Positions 46,814 through 57,115 of a stretch of DNA of 64,000 bases are shown in pieces; the first letter of the stretch is position 1, and the number at the start of each line of letters is the position of its first letter. The notes under the pieces are model-generated. The model saw only the letters and a program-made list of their open reading frames with translations. It made no database searches and was not told the DNA's origin. A program made the translations under genes and the position numbers. This DNA is from Eukaryota sp. GEM-RC1 (lineage: Eukaryota), in assembly GCA_040285855.1 (NCBI GenBank), contig JAUFOQ010000002.1, positions 496,001-560,000 of the forward strand, read 5' to 3'.

Positions 46814-46829
46814 GGTGTTTATCAACACT
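46814..46829 (+). promoter_or_regulatory. Histone 3' stem-loop (H4)
   Basis: GGTGTT-TATC-AACACT. Confidence 0.8.
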
Positions 46830-47005
46830 TGCTTGTGCAACAATAAACTATATCCTTAAGTTATAGACTTAAAACATATTCGAAATTCAAACAATCTACA
46901 CTAACAGCCTGATATGATGATCAGTAATTCAAGTTCATCCCAAAACAAGGGTCAACACAAGATCACTAGTATAATGTAGACAGATCGGAATTTTCCAACT
47001 TTTCG

Positions 47006-48063
47006 ATGACTCTCAATTGTATAACAGGATCTGAAACGGGATGGATCCACTCTTACATCTCTGGGTCAACCAGCCCTTCTAAGATACAACCAGACCCTTT
47101 GAAGTCTGCACAACCCCTAATGAAGGGTATTTCTTCTCTTTCTTTCATACATTCCGATGAGGGTGTTTACACAGAGTTTGATAGACCGTTTTTGTCCACT
47201 TCCTGTGATGGATGTGTGTCTATTATCTCTCCGTTATTAGTACAAACCGAACAATTCTTTGTACCAACTACTTCTCCTCTCATCGCTGCACATGGTTCCT
47301 ACTCTCCTCTTTCTGACACTTATGAGGTCGTTTCTTTTTCTGGTGATGGCTCCATCTTCAAGGGAGAACTCTTCATCACTCAGTTACCAGTTGATCTACA
47401 AGGAGCTGTTCCCATCCTCCCTGGCCTCCAACCTCTTCCTCGTGCTACCATTTCCCAACAATCTTCCTCTTACTCTATTGCTTTTGGTGCTTCCGCTCCT
47501 ACCCTTGCTAAGCTTGACTCTTCAGACTCTAGTGTAAGTACTGCTTGGTCTGGTATGCCGGCAGATCGGGACCCTCTGTACCACACTAGACCAGAACAAA
47601 ATATCACTGACATCAAATTCTTCAGTCAAGCTCAAAAGAATTAATTGTCACGTCATCATCACGTGGAGGAGTCTTTCTGTACGACCCTGAGACGAGCAGA
47701 TCTCCTGTTTCAGTGCTCTTGAACAAAACCTCTTCATCTCGAGTCAATTGCATTTCTTCCATTGGTAATTCCCTCCTTTCAGGTGATGCTAATGGTACAG
47801 TCAACGTCTGGGACTTGAGAAAGACTGACCAGCCAGTTAACAGACTCAAGGGAGCTGTAGGATCTGTTAAAGACATTGCAGTAGTAGGGGATTCAGTTAT
47901 GGCGGTCGACTTGGACCAGAGATTGACTATTTGGAATGACTTGAAGGATCGTAAGCCAGTTTCTGTGTTTGTTCATGATCGGTTATGTAAAGTTTTAGGA
48001 TATCCTCATCTTTTGGCTGAAAAGAAAGACGGAGAGCCAAATATTAAAAAAAGGAGGAATTAG
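47006..48063 (+). CDS. NSA1: WD40 ribosome-biogenesis protein NSA1/WDR74-like; frameshift near 47637
   Basis: ITGSETG N-terminus, GDANGTVNVWDLR, LKGAVGSVKDI and DLDQRLTIW. Confidence 0.65.
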
Positions 48064-48263
48064 TAATTTATTGATGGAAATTTTTTTAGACTTGAATTGT
48101 TCAAACTTTTTTGTTGAAGATTTTGAATCAGCATTTAGTTTTTTTTAGTTTTTGTTCACAACTTTGAAATCGTTCAAAGTTGATTGCATTGTTGTTCTCG
48201 ACTATTAGTAATTAAGAACAATATTTTGTGTCATAATATCGTTGCCATAAAATGAATTTAGAA

Positions 48264-49679
48264 TTAAATTTTCTTTTCCATTTGTTCAATTACCTGCATC
48301 ATTCCCTTTAATCTGTTGACTTTTGAAGAATTCTTTTCATTTGCAACTATTTCCTGTAAACAAACCAGCAAATGATGTGAATTGAGATTATTCCTTTCCA
48401 TTATTCTTAAAATTTGATTCGCTATAACTTCTTCGTCCATGAACAGACAACAAGACAACAAATACGACAGAATTATTGAAATGTTGTCAAATATTTCTTC
48501 TACATCAGTAAGTATTACTCGATCTACTTCAGAAGCAGACGTAGAGTAAGTTGTCAATTTCCTTGCATAATACATGTACAAGTCAACAATATCATAAGGA
48601 AAAGAATCTTGAAGAAGTCTCGAAGAAACTAATCTGGCAAACTTGCCTTTTGCAAAAAGCAAAACTTCAGCCAGAATATTTGAAAAATGTAGATCAAAAG
48701 AGATTGGAATTGAAGAGGGAGGTGATGACGCAAAAGGATCAGAATACTTCAAGATTGTACAATCACTCGCTGACCTACGAGGCAAGAGTTCAAAAATGAT
48801 ATCCACGCCTGAATTTTCAACAAATATTAGAACACTGGAATCTAAAGTTATTAAAAAATTCAATAAACGAAAAGCAGCTGACCAAGCTGTAGTAAAATTC
48901 AACACAGACTCTGTTGATGCAGTAATTAAACGTTTTTTACAATCTGGATAAGTATTAAGTTCCTCGTTAATTGCAAATTGAGATAAAATTGAAACGACAT
49001 TCTCAATACATTCTAACTGCAATAGCCGAAGTTTAATTTCTGCTCTAATTTCAAAAGCAGTGCAAAAGTAGCTGATATAGGATTGGATTTCATTTTGACT
49101 CAAATCGAAACAATGTGATAGAAATTCAAATATTTGTATCGACAGTGGATCATATAAACTATTTTTAAGGAAAAACTTGTGTGTAATGAATTCTGAGACA
49201 AATGAGAAAAAACTAGTGTTTTTTAAAATTGATTCTGCTACAGAATTGTCCATTTGAGTGATTGTAACTAGCAGATTAAAGATAGTTTCAAATAACAACA
49301 AATTATCAAAGTTTTGAACGTCAAAAGACTGGAAAACGTGCATTTGATCGACAATTTCCTTAGCATCAAAAGGGATTGAAGTCTTGTGATCACCTTCCAA
49401 TTCCGATATAATCGAATCGTGGATAAATTGGGCAGTAATCTGAACAATATCTTTGTTTGGATGAGAGAAAAGAGAGAGGAGATCAGAAAGACGTCCAGAC
49501 GATTTAAGTTCCAGAAGGATTGGATGAGAATCAGGAAGAGTTGGGATTGTTGTAAGAGAAGTTAAAGCATCAAAGAGAAGTAATTCAGTGTCGTAGAAGT
49601 CCGTAGCAGAAGTAGATTTACCTCTGGCATTGACATTGGTTTGGAAAGCATCTGCAAATTGCTTTAACAAGGAATGCAT
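48264..49679 (-). CDS. CTNNBL1: Beta-catenin-like protein 1 (Prp19 complex)
   Basis: FYDTELLL...LTTIPTLP...LLSLFSHPNKDIV, followed by an ARM-like body. Confidence 0.7.
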   Translation of the reverse strand: MHSLLKQFADAFQTNVNARGKSTSATDFYDTELLLFDALTSLTTIPTLPDSHPILLELKSSGRLSDLLSLFSHPNKDIVQITAQFIHDSIISELEGDHKTSIPFDAKEIVDQMHVFQSFDVQNFDNLLLFETIFNLLVTITQMDNSVAESILKNTSFFSFVSEFITHKFFLKNSLYDPLSIQIFEFLSHCFDLSQNEIQSYISYFCTAFEIRAEIKLRLLQLECIENVVSILSQFAINEELNTYPDCKKRLITASTESVLNFTTAWSAAFRLLNFLITLDSSVLIFVENSGVDIIFELLPRRSASDCTILKYSDPFASSPPSSIPISFDLHFSNILAEVLLFAKGKFARLVSSRLLQDSFPYDIVDLYMYYARKLTTYSTSASEVDRVILTDVEEIFDNISIILSYLLSCCLFMDEEVIANQILRIMERNNLNSHHLLVCLQEIVANEKNSSKVNRLKGMMQVIEQMEKKI

Positions 49680-50049
49680 AAAAAAATGAATTGTATAGAC
49701 AGAAATCTTCTACATCTGGATTGTAATTCTTCGATTCAGTTTGGATTCAGTTTGGAACATCTTGAGATCGTGATCGTGTGATCCTGAAGTAAATGTTAAA
49801 TTATATTAAATCAAGACTCTGGCTACTAGTAAACGCACATGTCAAACTCAAGAACTTCACGGTCGCTAAATTCTTGTTCATAATTTCAAATAATTTAAAT
49901 TTATGGATCTTTTAAAACTTTAGTTCCAGTCAATTAAAATAGAAAACTAAGAAAAAGTCATTTACTTAGTTCTCATCTAGATATCTTCAAAAAACAACAA
50001 CAATCCCAACCAATTAAACTTAATAAAATACAAACAAAACTCAATTAAA

Positions 50050-52185
50050 TTAAATAGCTGACTTTAACAAATCCTTGTCAACCATCCGTTTAGCCTTCAA
50101 ATAAGTCAAACTCTCAGGATCATTCTCTAACGTCTGCTGATCTTCAATCACTTCCGCTTCCTCCTCTTCATCTAGAATGTCTCCTTGTTTACCAGCAAGT
50201 TGAACTGAGGGAGGAGAGAACAGCTTGGCATACCAAATCTCGAAATCATAGACAAGCTTCTGTCTAATAGCTTCAATATTGGTCGTAAGAGAGTTGATCT
50301 CAGCCTTTGCCGCATTGAAAAGATCATGTACGGATCTATACATTGTCTTAACTTGCTCAAGCTCATCCACTTTCTGCTTCTCCTCACTGCTAATTTCATC
50401 TGAATACTCCACCACAACCTCTCGCAACGACTGAATCTCCTTGTTTAAGTCATTAAGCTTGATAGCCATGACCTTAGCGTGAGCAGTCTTTTGTTTAAGC
50501 AAAACCTTTAACTGGTTAAGTTTCTGACTTAAAGCAGACCCATCGCCCTTTTTAAAGTCAATAAAAGCCTCCTTTTTAGGCTTTATACCTTCAACTCCAC
50601 GTAACGAAGCCACGTTAGAGATTGAGACGGGTCTGTGGAATTCATGAGACTGTTCCATTGACTTCTGAGGACTAGAAGTTCTATCAAATGATTGCGGGGG
50701 GAGGTCGTGACCAAGGGAAAAGGACAGATTGTTAGAATCTTGGTCTTCATCACCTACAGCTCTAGAAGAAGATTCAGGTGATGACTCATCGTCTTGCGGT
50801 TTAGCTGTGGAAGGTTTGGTACTGAAGGTTCTAGATGGCTGTTGACGTGTGTGGACACGTGAAAGCTCAAAATCACGAGTTTTGACTTGTTGCTTGAATT
50901 GTTGTAACAAATGATGCATGAACGTCACTGATTTGAGCTCCACATCATCAATCTCATCATCAATAAACCTTTGCACCATCTCTTTCGCTTTCTCTCTCAT
51001 ACCAGCATCATCCAAAGTAACTGCAACGTGATTATTAGAGTTCATCGCGTCATACATTGCCAATTCCTGCTTCAACAACTTCACCTCTCTCTCCAACTCT
51101 TTCACTCTAATTACCGGATCCACCGTCTTGTTCCTAGTCAGAGTAGTCTTCAATCTCTTCACTCTAGCAGCAAACCTCAAAGTACTAAGAGTTTCGTCAA
51201 TAAAGTCCTTCTCTCCACTAATCGTAGCGATCATTGAGGTCTTACAGTTTCCCCCAAGAGAGTCTTTGAGGAGAAGGCATAGTTTTGATTGACGGAAAGG
51301 TACGTGTACCTTCTTCTTTTCAAGTGATACAATGACTTGTTCTAAATAAGATAAACTCTGGTTAATATACTTTGCTTCGTCCATTACCACCCCAGTAGCT
51401 TTAGTCTTCTTAACTCTCTCACTTCCTGCTAGATCAACTAGGTTCAACTTAGCATTGGTGATGACTTGAGGAGATTCATACCTGGTTCTAGTCTCGACGT
51501 GGATTGTGAAGATCGCGTGACCCCGAGAAGAGCACTTGTTTAGGACGTGTTCGGCAACTTGCCTATTCTGAATTCCAGTGATTAAAACACCTTGAGCTAC
51601 TTGTTCACTCTTGGCATGAATCAAATGCTGACCATCGACAGAAATGACGTGGTCTGAGCTTTCTTGGATTTTTAAATCAGTCTGGGAAGGGTCGTTGATT
51701 GGAAGGTTTGAAAGGAGATCAGAGAGTTCGTTTTGATAGATTTCTAAAAAGCCAAGTTTAACAGAGATTTCTAACTCTGGGTGGGTGTCAATGAGCTTGT
51801 ATAGAGTGTTGAGAGTACGTGGGATGAGACCAGAAGAAGCAGAATAAGAAGAAGTGGTAGTACCACTAGGACCAATGATGGAATAGGTTTTTCCACTTCC
51901 AGTTTGTCCGTAAGCAAAGACTGTACCGTTGAAGCCATCAAGAAGAGGAGCTATTAGAGGAGCTGTTGTTGTTTGAAATACATGTTCCTGACTGACGTTG
52001 TCAAACACAGAGTCAAAGGTAAAATCAAAGGTTTCCTTTTGATTTTGAGGACCATAAGTGCTACCTGTATGAGGAGAATGCAGTTGAATGGATTTGTTGT
52101 CCTGGCTAAGAAGAATATTTTCTTGAGCAAACTTGGTTGTTGGTCGTACCCTTACAATGACATTGATATTTTGCACACTCGACAT
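50050..52185 (-). CDS. KIF9: Kinesin-9 family motor (KIF9/KIF6-like)
   Basis: GQTGSGKT, VAEHVLNKCSSRGH, LVDLAGSER, NQSLSYLEQVI and LKQELAMYD. Confidence 0.85.
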   Translation of the reverse strand: MSSVQNINVIVRVRPTTKFAQENILLSQDNKSIQLHSPHTGSTYGPQNQKETFDFTFDSVFDNVSQEHVFQTTTAPLIAPLLDGFNGTVFAYGQTGSGKTYSIIGPSGTTTSSYSASSGLIPRTLNTLYKLIDTHPELEISVKLGFLEIYQNELSDLLSNLPINDPSQTDLKIQESSDHVISVDGQHLIHAKSEQVAQGVLITGIQNRQVAEHVLNKCSSRGHAIFTIHVETRTRYESPQVITNAKLNLVDLAGSERVKKTKATGVVMDEAKYINQSLSYLEQVIVSLEKKKVHVPFRQSKLCLLLKDSLGGNCKTSMIATISGEKDFIDETLSTLRFAARVKRLKTTLTRNKTVDPVIRVKELEREVKLLKQELAMYDAMNSNNHVAVTLDDAGMREKAKEMVQRFIDDEIDDVELKSVTFMHHLLQQFKQQVKTRDFELSRVHTRQQPSRTFSTKPSTAKPQDDESSPESSSRAVGDEDQDSNNLSFSLGHDLPPQSFDRTSSPQKSMEQSHEFHRPVSISNVASLRGVEGIKPKKEAFIDFKKGDGSALSQKLNQLKVLLKQKTAHAKVMAIKLNDLNKEIQSLREVVVEYSDEISSEEKQKVDELEQVKTMYRSVHDLFNAAKAEINSLTTNIEAIRQKLVYDFEIWYAKLFSPPSVQLAGKQGDILDEEEEAEVIEDQQTLENDPESLTYLKAKRMVDKDLLKSAI

Positions 52186-52297
52186 AGTAATGAATATGCA
52201 AGAAAATTAGATCAGTTGACAACTAAGTAGGTTATGAAGAAGCAGAAATTGTTTGACTTGAAGACCAATGGACTGCTTGTAGTAGTACAGTAGTCTT

Positions 52298-53074
52298 TTG
52301 ATGCCAACGTTCTTACAACTAGCTCAGCAACATCCTCTATATCCACAGTTTCAACATGATCTTCATGTTCTTTTCTCCTCTTTTTCCTCAAAGTTCTCTT
52401 TTCTAGCTGGAATATCATCAGGAGTTTCTGTATCTCTTGCTACCTGGATACGCTCTGGAAGTAGAGTTATAAACAACCAGCGCCATTCCCCTCTTGGTGT
52501 TCCGATTTCTCCTGTTTCTTTTGATCCACCAATCCTATCTACCTCCAAGTCTCTTCAGCCTGTTAGATCACCAGTTAATCCATTTCTTTTCCTCTCCAAA
52601 CCCCTACTCCACCTATCTCTCTACCTTCCAAAACAGTTGTCATTTCTCCGTTTCTCTTCCTTCTCTTCTTTCCGTGCCTTTCAATCTGCTACAATGGACT
52701 CTCACAACATCTCTCTCTTCTCTGTTCGTCATTTGTTGAGGTCAGCTACTGCCAGTCTAATCACGCAATCACGTCAGCACACGTCATCAGGTATATTAAT
52801 AGGGGAGAACGCTGCAAGATCTATAAGTTCAGTCTTTAAGGAACTCAACTTGATTTCTTCCTCCTTCTTTGTTGAGCCAGTTCGATTCGTGTCTTCTTCA
52901 TTTGTCACAAAGAGCTCAACCACGTCAGTTCCTACTGTTTTGGGAAAGTCTTTTGTCGACATTAAATCAGATAAAGGTCGACATCGATTAGAGTTCTTTA
53001 GTGCACTACAACCAAGTCAATCTGGAGATTTGTATTCATTTGTTTTATCTGATTGTTTGATAAATAAGACTTGA
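52298..53074 (+). CDS. Hypothetical protein (5' end uncertain)
   Basis: 258-aa ORF with no recognised motif. Confidence 0.45.
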   Translation: MMPTFLQLAQQHPLYPQFQHDLHVLFSSFSSKFSFLAGISSGVSVSLATWIRSGSRVINNQRHSPLGVPISPVSFDPPILSTSKSLQPVRSPVNPFLFLSKPLLHLSLYLPKQLSFLRFSSFSSFRAFQSATMDSHNISLFSVRHLLRSATASLITQSRQHTSSGILIGENAARSISSVFKELNLISSSFFVEPVRFVSSSFVTKSSTTSVPTVLGKSFVDIKSDKGRHRLEFFSALQPSQSGDLYSFVLSDCLINKT

Positions 53075-53162
53075 TTCGATTTAATTGAATTGTATTCAAT
53101 CAATTAATTGGAAATGTGATTATCTTGTAATTGTAACAAATCAAATCCAACTGAAATATCAA

Positions 53163-54403
53163 TTATTTTTTTATGAAATAAATGTGATGTAGCTTGAGTT
53201 TACCGTTAACTACATTTTGTTCTACATCAACTGTTCCATCAAAGTCAATCAGTCTTGCAAAGTCAACAATCATCGACAATGAAATGTTGTTGGGGACTGA
53301 TAGCACCAAAATCTTCCAGTCCACGACTCTCATCATTGACGCTATTTGAATCAAATTTGGTTTGAAAAAGGAAGGTTTGTAGACTGGAAAATCAGAATAG
53401 GAAGGTCCACACCACTCAGGAGCAATGAAGATCGCTTCAGTGTTTCTTAGAGTTGGTACGACGACACAACAATCACCCAGAATACAATCAATATTGGAAT
53501 CACAATCATAAACGACAGCATTATTACGTAAGCAGAGCAGCTTGACGTCATCAATATCAATAGCAATCACAGGTCCTCCCAAAGCAAAAGTCAGAGAATT
53601 TCCTCCAATCGAAGCCGTACAGTCAACAATTAGACCATCATTGACCACAGATCGAATCTTCTGAGCTATATGGTGTGATACAACTTCAGGACAAGCTGAG
53701 AAGAGCCCCTGTCGGTCGGTCATGACTCCCTCTTCAAATCTAGAGAACAACGAGAAACGTTGGTACCAATACTTTGTGAGACCGTGTTCTGACGTTGTTC
53801 CTTTCGTATCTTCACCTGGTTGACAGAAGGGACACTTTAGATCAGGGTATCCCACGGCGATTGAGAGGTCAGGCCTTGGTTCAGAGAAGACAGCTCCTGC
53901 AGGGATGACAATGGGAGTGGAAGAGAGGAGAGCAGTACTTGGCAGTACTTCTGGGATCTCTGAAGGACAGAACATGGTTCAGGTTTTGTAGTAAAGGGGT
54001 TTATGGCATAGACATGTTCACTGACAGGTGAGAATCTCTCCTCAGGTCGGTTGAAAGAGTTTGTGAAGAGTTTCCACTTCAGCGGTGTACATGGGCCGCA
54101 AAAGGGAATTAAACATGATTCAACGTAACGTTGAGCAAATAGTTTTTTCGATTTAAAAAGAACAGCAGCGGACGATAGAGCATCAAGAGGTGGATGAAGG
54201 TGTTCCAGAGTGTCTTCTTCATTGTTGAGCACTGCCAAGACAGATCGGATGAGATCGTCGCGATTATGGAGCTTTTCTTCTTGTATTGAAGGCCTATAAG
54301 AGTAATGATTGAAGTCTAGAGGGTCTCTCTGGGTTTGTAACGAACGGATAGGTGAACGGTCATCTAAATATGTAACTGAACGGTGGAGAGTAAAAGTCAT
54401 CAA
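53163..54403 (-). CDS. TGS1: Trimethylguanosine synthase; N-terminal part joined through a frameshift near 53972
   Basis: KYWYQRFSLFSRF, FSACPE..SHHIA, IGGNS, AIDID and IAPEWCGPSY. Confidence 0.85.
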
Positions 54404-54455
54404 ATTTTACTTCAAATTTTTTACAAGAAACAACTAAAAGATCAATCTGAAAAAT

Positions 54456-54995
54456 TGAACCTCTTCTGAAACATTATAGTGACAATAACGTGTTTGATTC
54501 TCGGCGTGGTGACTTAATTGCTCCTTTCCTGGATTCATCTCAAGTTGTGGTTGATTTTACTACAGTTGACCCGTTTGCAAAAGTCTACCAAGACTCCATA
54601 TTGATTGATTCGAATGGTCATCTGGAAAAGGCTGAACAACGAAAGTGTTCAAATTATGCGGATGCTTTGCAGAAGCTTAATGAAAATCTATATTCAAAGT
54701 TTTCATTTGTTCCATTTGCCATTTCAATTAATTTTTGGTAATATTGGTCCAGCCGGTTTAAAGTTTTTCAGTGATTTTAGTCTTTTATGTCGTTCTAATG
54801 GCAAGGTGTTTAATAGCGCTGTATGGATTAATCGAATTATGTTCGCTCTTTTAGAAGCATTCCCAAGTATTTATGTTCCATTTATTCGAAGTTGTATAGG
54901 GACAATTCTCGTGTTGATGTGGAGAATTTAACTTCTTTCATTTTCTGAATTAGTACATGTATGTATTAATTTATTGTTGCAAATAAACTCTTTAA
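54456..54995 (+). mobile_element. 5'-truncated non-LTR retrotransposon (restriction-like endonuclease C-terminus)
   Basis: IEP...RRGDLI...VVVDFT...AEQRKCSNY...FVPFAIS.FGNIG; AATAAA near the end; possible 9-bp TSD CTGAAAAAT at 54447-54455 and 54996-55004. Confidence 0.75.
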
Positions 54996-55239
54996 CTGAA
55001 AAATAGAAAATACTAGAATTTAGACGGGATTTGAAAAATCAAACTGAAGTGATGATAATTCTTTGTAACAACTTGTGACACTAAAAGAAACAAAACAACT
55101 AAAATTAGCTCAATAACAACAGAAACTAAATCAATCAACATATAAGGGAAAAAATAACCAAAACAGAAAGTATAAGGATTGGAGGATCAGAGTCCTAGAC
55201 CAAAAGACAAAAAGAGGCGAAAAGGACAAGGTAAAACAA

Positions 55240-55680
55240 TCACTGGTCTTCTTTGGCCATGAGTTCACGTAGTTTTCCACCAAAAGTCACATGAAGAAGG
55301 TGTCTTTTCCTAGGGAATCCAACCTTAGGATCATTCAATGTCTTTATAACACGTTTACTTTCAGCTATTTGTTGCTTAGTCGCTTCAGATCTCCTGTATT
55401 TGATTCCTAATTCTAACTGATGAATAGCCCAGTTTTTCTCACGTTCAAAGCGGATCATTGCATCATTCTTCTTGTCCTCATCAGATACTTGAACATGTGA
55501 ATAATTATGAGAATGATCAGATTTGGGAGTTAAAGCCGAAAGAATTGCAGTGGGAACTTCAGGAGTTGTTTTTGATATACTAGTGGTCAAAGAGGCAGCT
55601 GTATCAGAAGCTTCTTTTCGACGGAGTTGTTTCAGTCGTTCTTGCCGATTTGCATGAGTTAATTTAGATAAGGATGACAT
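55240..55680 (-). CDS. UPF0488/C8orf33-like protein
   Basis: FEREKNWAIHQLELG...RKRHLLHVTFG..RELM. Confidence 0.7.
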   Translation of the reverse strand: MSSLSKLTHANRQERLKQLRRKEASDTAASLTTSISKTTPEVPTAILSALTPKSDHSHNYSHVQVSDEDKKNDAMIRFEREKNWAIHQLELGIKYRRSEATKQQIAESKRVIKTLNDPKVGFPRKRHLLHVTFGGKLRELMAKEDQ

Positions 55681-55952
55681 TTGAAATGCAGGAGAGGCAA
55701 AGATAGGAAAAAAATACAAAAAAATGCCACCATTGAAATCCATTGGTACAGTCGCTAGACGTTTAAGAAACTAATATCGACGGTTTGTCTGTTGAAGAGT
55801 ATGTAACATATTTGGATTTATGAAGGGAATTAATAAAATTACCGGCACAGAATCAATCAATAGTTTTAATCTGGTAATCCATACTGTCCCGACATTCATG
55901 TGCTTAAATAATTGCAGAAGTAAGCAAAACAATTGTTGTTCAAAAATAAAAA

Positions 55953-56024
55953 TGCTCCCACAGAGGATTGAACTCTGGACCTATTCCTTACAAAAGAAGC
56001 GCTCTACCACTGAGCTATAGGAGC
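55953..56024 (-). tRNA. tRNA-Thr(UGU), identical to the copy at 37408
   Basis: Same 72-nt cloverleaf and T-run terminator. Confidence 0.9.
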
Positions 56025-57006
56025 AATGAAAACGTTCTTTTCTGTACGAAATGAACAATCCGAAGATTGCATCCGATGATATCCAGGGAAAACGCGGCAC
56101 TGCCAGGAACATCTCTTTGTGTTTCAATTTGAAGCTTTCAACAATTAGTCTTTATGTGGTAATATCAGACCCACTGTACAAGGTTATATATCTTCTTTTG
56201 GTAAACTGTGTTAGGAATACTGTACGGTTTTCAATCAAAATTTTTGCTTGAGTAGGTTAGCGTTTGTACTGTTTCGATCCATGCGCAGATACTTTAGTTC
56301 AGAACGTAACATTTTTGAAAAATTTAATCAATATATACTATACTAGTAAACGTTTACTTATGTATATAGAATCAGGGACCAAATAACATTGATTGAAACT
56401 AGAATTACCGCTTTTTAATATCCACATAATTTGGAAGTTCACTTAGATCTCCATTAGTCACAATCAGACTACATTTGCCGAACTAATCGTTACACCAATG
56501 TTGGGGGAGATAATTCTATTCAATCCATCACTAGCATGGTAAGAGATCGATCTAATATGATGCACATTTCGAAAATTGAAAAAATACTACAGTGTAGTAG
56601 TAACACCACACCACTGTAGAATTTTGTATAGTGACATCACTTTGGGATTCAATAATTATCCTTTCTGTGTCACTTTACCAAAAGAAAAAAACACCAAAAA
56701 TCAAACTGTTACCATGAATAAGAAGAAGTTGGTGGCAAGGAAACGAGTGTCGATAACAAGCGCGTTTTTGTTCAATCCTAGATAACTTTTAAAAAAAGAT
56801 GTATTTGGATTTTATGTGTTGATAATAAATTAATGAGTACATACGAATAAATCTTTCTTGGAAACAATTCTTTTAATATACTTACAGATGCTAGGTGAGC
56901 TTCCAAAGCAACAATCAGAAGGATAAAACAATTGTGACACCAAATTTAACTGAAAACTCTTCGGAAAACGCGAGTTTCCACTAAAAAAAGGTACATGTAC
57001 AAGATA

Positions 57007-57057
57007 CAGTAAACTCTCTCCATTCACCAAGTCGTTTCAATTAGAGAGAGTTTACTG
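57007..57057. mobile_element. 51-bp Tc1/mariner-type minimal MITE
   Basis: TA-CAGTAAACTCTCTC...GAGAGAGTTTACTG-TA. Confidence 0.7.
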
Positions 57058-57115
57058 TATTATTAACTCGAAAGATTCTACAAATAATCACGTGGTGTTG
57101 ATTTTCAGAAATCAG

